Position numbers and translations under genes: made by a program
In this document: in pieces, positions 37,807 through 45,343 of the stretch
Position numbering within the stretch: the first letter of the stretch is position 1
Layout: each line of letters begins with the position of its first letter
Assembly (NCBI GenBank): GCA_944358625.1
Contig: CALVRL010000002.1
Location: 1-45,801 of the forward strand
DNA: 45,801 nucleotides
Direction: 5' to 3'
DNA from: an uncultured Bacilli bacterium
Lineage (GTDB): Bacteria; Bacillota_I; Bacilli_A; RF39; UBA660
The notes under the pieces: model-generated
Seen by the model: only the letters and a program-made list of their open reading frames with translations
What the model was told of the DNA's origin: nothing
Databases searched by the model: none

Positions 37807-39433
37807 ACGAACAAGAAGGATGCGTTTTATTTTTAAAAGAAATACTGTAATTATCTCCAGTATTAAGTATAATTCTTAACTTTATAAAATCTTTGTCTTT
37901 CATCTTATAGACTTCTATCTTCTCTAAAAATTCATAAATCAAACTATCAATATCGGCTTTCTCATACTCAAGTAGTTCTTTCGCTTTTTTCTTGACACTT
38001 TCTAAATATCTCTCATCTTCTAATAAATGATTACTTTTTTCTTCTAAAATAGTTATTTCATCTTCAAGTTTATGAATTTCGTTAACTATTTTCTCTACTT
38101 GTAGTTTAAAGTCATCTTCATTAATTAAGTCTTTTAGAATTAGGTCAAGTATTTTACTTTTCTTCTTTTCTAACATTTCTATTTTCTTCTGTTTTACTTC
38201 TATCTCATCTTTAAAATCCATATTACTTTGAAGTTCTTTGTACTCTTTCATTAAATCATCAATGACATTAATATTAGATACGTAACTTAATATTGTTTTA
38301 CCGACAATTTCTCTTAATTCATTATCATAAAGAATAGGACCATCACAACCTTTAGTATTATGTTTTAAAAACTCACTACATCTCCAAGTAACTACCTTTT
38401 TCTTTTTTATACCACTACTTGTATTTACTTTTCTTCTATATGTCGTATTATGCTCCATACAATAAATCTTTCCACTAAACGGGTACCTATTTTGATATAC
38501 TGTTTTATCTTTAGATAGCTTTTTACTTCTAGCTTCAATAATATTTTGGGCTTTTTCCCATATAGAAGCACTTACAATAGGTGGAACACTCTCATTATCT
38601 TCATAAAGCTTCCAGTCATCTTTTTCAATATTTACTCTTTGTTTAGAGTGATAGTCAATAACTCTTGTCTTATTTCCACAGTAATAACCTTTATATTTAG
38701 GATTAGTAAGAATATTTTTAATTGTATTTTGAGTGAAAGGTTTTCCATTACTATTGTAATAACCTAAATCAGCTAATTTATGTCCAATAGTTCGCATACC
38801 AATATGTTCATTAACATACATATCAAATATTCTTCTAATAATTTCTGCTTCTTCCTCTACAATAACTAACTTACAATTATCTTTTTTATAACCCCATATG
38901 GCATTGTTACCTAAAACATTTCCTTTTTCAATAGACCTTTGAAAACCAAACCTTACTCTTTCAGATAGTTTTCTAACTTCCTCTTGTGCGATAGAAGCCA
39001 TAATAGTTAATCTCAATTCAGAGTCAGGATTAAAAGTGTTTATATGGTCGTATTGGAATAAAACACCAACACCATACTCTAATAGTTTTCTTGTATACTT
39101 TATACTATCTAAAGTATCTCTTGCGAACCTTGATATTTCTTTAGTTATAATTAAATTAAATTTTTTATTTTTAGCGTCTCTAATCATACGTTTAAAATCA
39201 TCACGTTTAGCTGTTGAAGTACCAGTAATTCCCTCATCAACATAACCATCAACAAAAGTCCAATTTGTATTTTCTCTAATAAAATGTTCGTAGTAGGTTA
39301 TTTGATTTTCCAAAGAGTTTAACTGGTCGTATTTATCAGTAGATACCCTAGCATAATAAGTAACTTTTAAATGTAAATCAAATATAGATACACCATTAGC
39401 TAGGGCATTTCTGATTTCAAATAATGTTAGCAT
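37790..39433 (-). CDS. large serine recombinase (SpoIVCA/SprA-like)
   Basis: 547-aa ORF. The N-terminal resolvase domain has YYARVSTDKYDQLNSLENQ (catalytic Ser) and ISRFARD. A recombinase domain follows, then a zinc ribbon (CMEHNTTY...WRCSEFLKHNTKGC) and a long coiled coil. Confidence 0.9.
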   Translation of the reverse strand: MLTLFEIRNALANGVSIFDLHLKVTYYARVSTDKYDQLNSLENQITYYEHFIRENTNWTFVDGYVDEGITGTSTAKRDDFKRMIRDAKNKKFNLIITKEISRFARDTLDSIKYTRKLLEYGVGVLFQYDHINTFNPDSELRLTIMASIAQEEVRKLSERVRFGFQRSIEKGNVLGNNAIWGYKKDNCKLVIVEEEAEIIRRIFDMYVNEHIGMRTIGHKLADLGYYNSNGKPFTQNTIKNILTNPKYKGYYCGNKTRVIDYHSKQRVNIEKDDWKLYEDNESVPPIVSASIWEKAQNIIEARSKKLSKDKTVYQNRYPFSGKIYCMEHNTTYRRKVNTSSGIKKKKVVTWRCSEFLKHNTKGCDGPILYDNELREIVGKTILSYVSNINVIDDLMKEYKELQSNMDFKDEIEVKQKKIEMLEKKKSKILDLILKDLINEDDFKLQVEKIVNEIHKLEDEITILEEKSNHLLEDERYLESVKKKAKELLEYEKADIDSLIYEFLEKIEVYKMKDKDFIKLRIILNTGDNYSISFKNKTHPSCSYYTHD

Positions 39434-39606
39434 TAAATAAGTGATAATTCCTTATTTAATGTTTCTATTTTTTCTAATAGTGATGACTCCATCTGTTCAT
39501 AGATACTACTACTAATAACATTACTAGAAAAAAGATTTTTATTGATGATAAGTTGTAACTTAAATTTACTTATTTTATCTATAATACTCTTAACATTATT
39601 TTCCAT
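39433..39606 (-). CDS. 57-aa helical protein translationally coupled to the recombinase gene
   Basis: Not in the ORF track. GGAGG (39620-39616) plus 9 nt precedes the ATG at 39606. It reads MENNVKSIIDKISKFKLQLIINKNLFSSNVISSSIYEQMESSLLEKIETLNKELSLI. Its TAA overlaps the recombinase ATG (TAATG). Confidence 0.45.
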   Translation of the reverse strand: MENNVKSIIDKISKFKLQLIINKNLFSSNVISSSIYEQMESSLLEKIETLNKELSLI

Positions 39607-39642
39607 AAAATAATTCCTCCTAGTAAAACTTTATTAAGAAGG

Positions 39643-39686
39643 ATAGAAAAATATCATTGTTTCTTTATGACAAAATATTTTCCTAT
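39643..39686. repeat. imperfect inverted repeat ATAGAAAAATAT...ATATTTTCCTAT upstream of the small-ORF/recombinase operon
   Basis: The arms at 39643-39654 and 39675-39686 match at 11 of 12 positions. An inner TCAT...ATGA symmetry is also present. Confidence 0.45.
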
Positions 39687-39734
39687 TCTTTTTTATGTGG
39701 TATATAATATACCCTTTTTTAAATAACGTACATA

Positions 39735-41477
39735 TTAGGTTATCAGATTATCAGTATTTTCATTTAAGGTTTGATAATCTGTATCATTTTCTAAAGTCCA
39801 ATACCATTTACCTTGAACTTGTATGCTTTTAACATCAAGTTCTTTTTTAGCTCTATTTAAAGTAGAAGAGTTAATATCATTTTCTTTCGCTCTTTCAAAC
39901 ATATCAGCAGAAGCAACCATGTTATTATTTTCTTTAAGCATTGATAATATATACTCTTTCGCTTCTTCTCTCGCTTTCAATTTAAGTTTTGACATATCTT
40001 CTTCTTTTTCATCAAGCTGTTCTAAATACTTAACCCCATCATCAGTTATTTCAAATAAAATAGTATTACCCTTTCTTCCAAGTGAAGCTTTAACATGAGA
40101 TATTATTTTATTGCCACCCTCGCTTGGCCCAATTTTAAGCATAGAACGAGCTATACCAACAAAATCAATACTTCCTAATGCACGATAAATATCATCCTGT
40201 TTGGTTTTATTCATGTGCATAACTAATATAAGTGCGAAATTATATTTAATAGCAATATTCCCAATAGGTGCAAGTAATTTTCTAACTTCAGTTGCAGAAT
40301 TCATAGATATATCTCCCAAATATCTTTGTAATGGGTCTATAACGACCAATTTAGGAGACTGTTCTTTAACAGCTTTTTCAAATCTCGTTAAATCTTCCAA
40401 ACTGAATATAGGATTATCTATTTCATTAATAATGAAAATATTTTTTTGATTTGCTTTTAACATACATAATCTTTCTTTAATGGTATCAGATATTCCATCT
40501 TCTCCGTTTTGATAAATAACTTTTGATGGATATACATAATCTTTATTTAATATTTCATCATGAAAGGGAAATGGCTCACCTCTTGATAGTCTTGAAGCCC
40601 AGTCAAGTACTAACATTGACTTACCACTACCTGGGTCTCCAACAACTAATGTTATTCTACCCAAAGGTATATAAGGATACCAAAGCCAGTCAACATTTTT
40701 CTGTTTTACATCTGAAAGACATATTAAGTCTATATCAGCATTGTAGTTATCATCATAAACAGCACTATTGCCTTTTAAGTTATAATCTTTAGCTCTTTTA
40801 CTAAATGATTCCACTTCATTATCACTTAATGGCTCTTTAAAGAGGTTTTTATTAATAAAATTACCTATCTCTAGCAATTGTTCTGACTTGAATTGATATT
40901 TATTATAAACTTCTCTTATGTGATTAAATAAAGCCGTGTTTCTTCCGTCGTGCTCTTTCATATTTATAAAACAAGTTTTTAAATTAACATTATTATGTAA
41001 TGGGTAACAAAGTATTGGTAATTCTGGTAAATTTTTAATAACCTCATCTGTTAAATCTTCTTTAGCCTCTCTCATTACACCATTTACTTTTACAACAGCC
41101 GTTCCATTATTCTCACACCTATAATCAACTTGAAAACCACCACAAGTAAAACTATCAGCCCAATTATATATTTTTACACCTTTAGGTTTTTTAAAATATA
41201 AGTGATAGTGATTACTTTGAGACTTGATCCAATATGGATTATAATTTTTAATTAAATAATTAATCAAAAAAGACTCTTTATTAGTAATAATGTTACCCTC
41301 TTTATCTTTAGTAACATTGTCTTCATCAAAATCAATAACTACTACATCTTTTGGGACTAATAATGAAGCAGAAGCAAAAGTATCACAATTATCTTTTGCG
41401 TACTTTTGCTTATCTTCTTCTGTTTTAAAGGGATGAATGGGTTGTTTTTTTTCGTTAATTTCAATAAATCTTAACAT
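39735..41477 (-). CDS. bifunctional prim-pol (AEP primase-polymerase) / RepA-RecA-like P-loop NTPase replication protein
   Basis: 580-aa ORF. The N-terminal AEP motifs are VVVIDFDED and NHYHLYF. The central P-loop has VVGDPGSGKSML (Walker A) and LVVIDPLQRYL (Walker B, AAA_25-like). Confidence 0.8.
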   Translation of the reverse strand: MLRFIEINEKKQPIHPFKTEEDKQKYAKDNCDTFASASLLVPKDVVVIDFDEDNVTKDKEGNIITNKESFLINYLIKNYNPYWIKSQSNHYHLYFKKPKGVKIYNWADSFTCGGFQVDYRCENNGTAVVKVNGVMREAKEDLTDEVIKNLPELPILCYPLHNNVNLKTCFINMKEHDGRNTALFNHIREVYNKYQFKSEQLLEIGNFINKNLFKEPLSDNEVESFSKRAKDYNLKGNSAVYDDNYNADIDLICLSDVKQKNVDWLWYPYIPLGRITLVVGDPGSGKSMLVLDWASRLSRGEPFPFHDEILNKDYVYPSKVIYQNGEDGISDTIKERLCMLKANQKNIFIINEIDNPIFSLEDLTRFEKAVKEQSPKLVVIDPLQRYLGDISMNSATEVRKLLAPIGNIAIKYNFALILVMHMNKTKQDDIYRALGSIDFVGIARSMLKIGPSEGGNKIISHVKASLGRKGNTILFEITDDGVKYLEQLDEKEEDMSKLKLKAREEAKEYILSMLKENNNMVASADMFERAKENDINSSTLNRAKKELDVKSIQVQGKWYWTLENDTDYQTLNENTDNLIT

Positions 41478-41948
41478 TTATATTCTCCTTTCAAATGATT
41501 TATGAATTTGCACTTCATTTTTTCGGTTCCCTTTACTATTAAGTACTTGACTTATTGTAACAGGCGAACCTATCAAAAATTTAAGTGAATCGCATATTGT
41601 TGATACACTAGTCCAATTAATATCATTTTTGTACAGATTGTTAATCTGTTGTATTAGCTGGACTAGTTTGGTTATATACCACTCGTCATATTCACCTCCA
41701 AAAGTATAAGTATCAGCGACATTTTTTGAAATACCGTCGTCATCAACTTCATAAGAAATGACTAGTTTTGTATAGTTTGTTTCTTCTATAAAGATATCTT
41801 TTACTATACCTTCATATTCTTTTCCTATTTCTAAGTCAGCTGATAATTGGGCATAAGCCCTGTCTGCTAACTCCTCAAATTTACTTTTTTGTGGAGAAAC
41901 TTTGTAATAAGTTTCTCCATTTAAAATTTCTTGTTCTATATTCATCAT
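41478..41948 (-). CDS. hypothetical protein (replication-module neighbour)
   Basis: 156-aa ORF whose stop abuts the prim-pol start codon. No family recognised. Confidence 0.5.
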   Translation of the reverse strand: MMNIEQEILNGETYYKVSPQKSKFEELADRAYAQLSADLEIGKEYEGIVKDIFIEETNYTKLVISYEVDDDGISKNVADTYTFGGEYDEWYITKLVQLIQQINNLYKNDINWTSVSTICDSLKFLIGSPVTISQVLNSKGNRKNEVQIHKSFERRI

Positions 41949-42343
41949 TTTTCCTCCTTATTTTCTAGATTACTTAACTTGTTTATATAAGAGTATTTTT
42001 CTTCATTTACAATCTTTTCGTAATTTATTAATTCTCTCTTATAAACATTTTTATAAAGATAAGTAGCATTGCAAAGTGCTTCTTTACCAATTAATTTTTT
42101 TAATTCATTATTTAGATATTTAGGTGTAATAAAATGTTTCCTTTTTACTTTAATATCAAAATCTTCTAATAAGTCTAATATTTCTAAAGTTGTAAGATTT
42201 TTAGACTTTTTACTGAAGAAATTGTTTGAATAAACAATTCTTCCATTTTCATCTTTTTTACATTTGATTTTTATACAAGGATAACCTTGTGCTGTTTTAG
42301 TTAATATACTATCAAATATTTTAACTTTATAAGTCATGTTCAA
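41945..42343 (-). CDS. hypothetical protein
   Basis: 132-aa ORF with SD AAGGAGG upstream and a 4-nt overlap with the next ORF. No family recognised. Confidence 0.5.
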   Translation of the reverse strand: MNMTYKVKIFDSILTKTAQGYPCIKIKCKKDENGRIVYSNNFFSKKSKNLTTLEILDLLEDFDIKVKRKHFITPKYLNNELKKLIGKEALCNATYLYKNVYKRELINYEKIVNEEKYSYINKLSNLENKEEK

Positions 42344-42377
42344 TTATATCCTCCTTCTTTAATTTTTTTTGTTTTTT

Positions 42378-42490
42378 CTTTGTCCCTAAACAGTGTCACT
42401 CATATTTTGGAGACGATACTAATATTTATAATCAACGGAAACAAGTGTTCTTAAGGTAAATTATATGAGTAACACTACTTAAGGACAAAG
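42378..42490. repeat. long inverted repeat (28-nt arms, 24/28 complementary, 57-nt spacer)
   Basis: The left arm is CTTTGTCCCTAAACAGTGTCACTCATAT (42378-42405). The right arm is ATATGAGTAACACTACTTAAGGACAAAG (42463-42490). A third CTTAAGG copy lies in the spacer (42450-42456). Confidence 0.7.
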
Positions 42491-42589
42491 CAATTTTTAA
42501 TAATTTTTATTATTATGTCATAATATCATCGCCTTTCTTGTTTCAATTATCACAAATTTAGATAACAAAATATATGATAATATTTTTTT

Positions 42590-42639
42590 CGGAATATTCG
42601 GAATATTCTATTGATTATTTTTTATTATTCCAATATAAT
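42590..42639 (+). promoter_or_regulatory. tandem CGGAATATTC repeats abutting a sigmaA-type promoter for the 430-aa gene
   Basis: CGGAATATTC occurs twice (42590-42609), each copy containing the palindrome GAATATTC. Then come TTGATT (42611-42616), a 17-nt spacer, TATAAT (42634-42639), SD AAAGGAAG and the ATG at 42667. Confidence 0.5.
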
Positions 42640-42666
42640 AATTACTCATAGAGAAAGGAAGTTTAT

Positions 42667-43959
42667 ATGAATGAAGAAACATTTACACTTAAACTAAATC
42701 AAGTTAATTTAAACCCCGACAATTTTTTATTAGAAACTGCTTTTCCAAACAAAACTAAAGATATAGAAATATATATTAAAAAAAACCAAATAAAAATGGA
42801 GTCAACTGTAGACTCCTATACAAGAACAATATCAACAAATTTTATAGATAAATTTAATCTAATAAAAGAATTAGGAAACAAATTATATAATAATTTAGAT
42901 TTAATATCAGAAAATTATACGATTGTCACTTCATCTGCAGAAATTAACACTAAATATCAAAAAGAAAGCTCTTTTCAAAAAAAAATTTTCTTTTTTAGTA
43001 AACCTTATTTAAATGAGTATAGTATAAATATTTTAAAAGAATATTTCATAAAATATGGTTACCCTTATTTAACTTCTGATATTTTGTTAAAATTATCACA
43101 ATTAAAAGATAATGAAACTTATACTTTAACATTAGATATTACTTTTTTTGTTTATTATTGTATTTCTATATATATAATAAGTGAAACTCATTTTTTAATA
43201 TTACATAACAAAGGAAATGAAATCAAAAAATTCCTACCTATATATATTATTAATAATGCTAAACATAATAAAAGTATAATGTGGTTATGTACTAGAGGAA
43301 TAATGTTACTCATAAATAACATTAACAGTCTAATAGCTCTTCTTTCACAAGAATATAGTTTTTATTTATCTAGCATCCAATATTTAGATTTAAATTATTA
43401 TGAAAATATATTAAATAGAAATTATGAATATGATTTACCAAATAATGTGTATATAACTAAAGATGGACGTGAAATGAAAAGAAAAGGAAATAAACTATAT
43501 GATACTTATAATATAGAAAATTTAAGTTATAGTGAATATAAACCTACTGAATTGTTGTCTAAACTTATAAAAATAGAACATAGTTTTTATAACAATATAA
43601 TTATTCCAACATATAGTCATTTAAAATATATTTTATCTAATTCCAGTAAAAACTCTGGTTATCATTATTGTATTTATTGTCACAGTTCTTTTTTTGGGAT
43701 AGGTAAGGAATGTGAAAAATGTCATAAATTAAACTCAATAGAAAATAAGAAAAAATTTTCTGATAATAAACGATATGAAAAAATTACTGATACTTATAAA
43801 GTATTGTTAGAATTAAATAAAAATTATAATAAACTTACCAAAGATGAAGCTACCTATTTAAGTAGTATTAAAAGTGTATCTACTTTTAAAAAATTATATA
43901 CTAAGAATAAAGATAAAACAAAGATAGATGATTTAATAAAAAAAATGAGTAATCAGTAG
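42667..43959 (+). CDS. orphan 430-aa protein with C-terminal CxxC...CxxC zinc-ribbon-like motif
   Basis: It is the only plus-strand gene in the element and has its own promoter. The sequence is N/K/I/Y-rich with a hydrophobic central stretch (ITFFVYYCISIYIISETHFLIL). The Cys motif is HYCIYCHSSFFGIGKECEKCHK. No family recognised. Confidence 0.55.
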   Translation: MNEETFTLKLNQVNLNPDNFLLETAFPNKTKDIEIYIKKNQIKMESTVDSYTRTISTNFIDKFNLIKELGNKLYNNLDLISENYTIVTSSAEINTKYQKESSFQKKIFFFSKPYLNEYSINILKEYFIKYGYPYLTSDILLKLSQLKDNETYTLTLDITFFVYYCISIYIISETHFLILHNKGNEIKKFLPIYIINNAKHNKSIMWLCTRGIMLLINNINSLIALLSQEYSFYLSSIQYLDLNYYENILNRNYEYDLPNNVYITKDGREMKRKGNKLYDTYNIENLSYSEYKPTELLSKLIKIEHSFYNNIIIPTYSHLKYILSNSSKNSGYHYCIYCHSSFFGIGKECEKCHKLNSIENKKKFSDNKRYEKITDTYKVLLELNKNYNKLTKDEATYLSSIKSVSTFKKLYTKNKDKTKIDDLIKKMSNQ

Positions 43960-43993
43960 TATTACAATATTACTTATTACTCATAAAAATATA

Positions 43994-44602
43994 CTAATTA
44001 TTTGAGTTTAATTTCAATATTCTATCTAATTTAGGACGACTCCAATTCATTAATCTAGCGAACTCGCTTTTGTTAATTTGTTTTGTTTGATATAAATGTA
44101 AGTTTTTATAAAAAGTATCTGGTATATCATTTTTAGTTAATTTAGGCCTACCTATTTTATGGCCTTTTTCTCTAGCATTAGCTTGGCCTAATTTAATTTG
44201 CTCAATTCTCATTTTTCTTTCCATTTCTCCAAAGACAGCACTTATTTTTAACATTGACTCAACCATTACATCTAGTTGTTCGTTGCGACAGTCAACTACT
44301 AAAGAGCCGACAATTAAACAAATGTGATTTTCTTTAATAAAATCTAGTATCTCACAAAAATGAGATGTAGAGCGACTTAATCTTGTAATGTCTGTTACTC
44401 TTAAAGTATCTTTAGGTTTTAAAATAGACATTACTTTTTTTAATTCTGGTCTATTTTTATCAGCTCCACTAGCATATTCCAAATATATATTTTCCTCCTT
44501 AATACCATAATCTAATAATGCTTTTTTTTCATAAGTATAGTCTTGAAAAAGTGTACTACATCTACCATATCCATAAGTTGTAGGTGTTGATTTTTCTTCC
44601 AT
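43994..44602 (-). CDS. small serine recombinase (resolvase/invertase family) with C-terminal HTH
   Basis: 202-aa ORF. YGYGRCSTLFQD has the catalytic Ser in the GYxRxS context, and VTDITRLSRS is also present. The C-terminal HTH is INKSEFARLMNWSRPKLDRIL. Confidence 0.85.
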   Translation of the reverse strand: MEEKSTPTTYGYGRCSTLFQDYTYEKKALLDYGIKEENIYLEYASGADKNRPELKKVMSILKPKDTLRVTDITRLSRSTSHFCEILDFIKENHICLIVGSLVVDCRNEQLDVMVESMLKISAVFGEMERKMRIEQIKLGQANAREKGHKIGRPKLTKNDIPDTFYKNLHLYQTKQINKSEFARLMNWSRPKLDRILKLNSNN

Positions 44603-44746
44603 TTTTCTCCCCCTTAATGTAACTAAAATTATTAATTTAATTATTATTACAAGAAGTGTTAAAAAAGTACATAATTTTTAACACTTTTTATATTTTTCTT
44701 CTTTTTATAAGATGAAACAATAAATAAATGTTTTTTGTACATATAC

Positions 44747-45034
44747 TTAATTATCTTTGACTAAACCAACTTGTTTCATTAGTTTATTTAACTCTTGTTC
44801 TAATTCTTCTTTTGCTTCGTTTTCTAAATATTCTTTTACTTTAGTTGGATTTAATCCTAAACTTTCAACATATAAGTTAAAGACAAACTCATCATAATCA
44901 TTAGTATTAACCATATAATTACCACCAACTTTTATAGCTTTTAGCTTTCCATTATGTATATACCTACGAAGTGTCGCTGTTGATAAATTAAGTCTGTTAG
45001 CCACATCTTTTAATCGTATTAGTTCTGTAACCAT
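44747..45034 (-). CDS. excisionase/MerR-type helix-turn-helix protein
   Basis: The likely start is the ATG at 45034 (GAAAGGA upstream). LIRLKDVANRLNLSTATLRRYIHNGKLKAIKVGGNYMVNTNDYDEF is an HTH_17/Xis-type domain. Confidence 0.7.
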   Translation of the reverse strand: MVTELIRLKDVANRLNLSTATLRRYIHNGKLKAIKVGGNYMVNTNDYDEFVFNLYVESLGLNPTKVKEYLENEAKEELEQELNKLMKQVGLVKDN

Positions 45035-45121
45035 AGTATCAGTCCTTTCGTTAACTTTCTTGTACTTTAATAAAAAGTCGTTCAATATCATATATAAAAA
45101 GAGTGTAAAAATAAAACAGTG

Positions 45122-45343
45122 CTACTCAACACTGTCTTTTAATAATTCTTGAAATTTTATTTCTTCTTCTATCATATCATCAAACTTATCATACTTATTC
45201 ATTAACTCTTTATCAACCTTATCTAATAGTAATTTATATTTTGACTTAAAGAAAATGGATGAGTAATATTTATCTAAAATTTGATTTCTCATCTTCTCTA
45301 ATGGTTGTATTATTGTTTTACAATATAATTCTAAATAGTTCAT
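45122..45343 (-). CDS. hypothetical 73-aa protein
   Basis: ORF coupled (4-nt overlap) to the upstream ATPase gene. No family recognised. Confidence 0.4.
   Translation of the reverse strand: MNYLELYCKTIIQPLEKMRNQILDKYYSSIFFKSKYKLLLDKVDKELMNKYDKFDDMIEEEIKFQELLKDSVE

Noticed and set aside
39699-39713. Palindrome GGTATATAATATACC followed by a T-run, considered as a terminator after the prim-pol gene
   Set aside because: The T-run is on the wrong (plus) strand for the minus-strand operon. The stem is almost pure A/T and leaves essentially no loop. It is probably fortuitous, or a protein site at best.
42378-42490. The long inverted repeat as an invertible promoter switch for the nearby small serine recombinase
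   Set aside because: The arms are only 57 bp apart. That is shorter than any invertible segment I know for serine invertases, and no promoter is evident in the spacer. It is kept as a structural-element finding instead.
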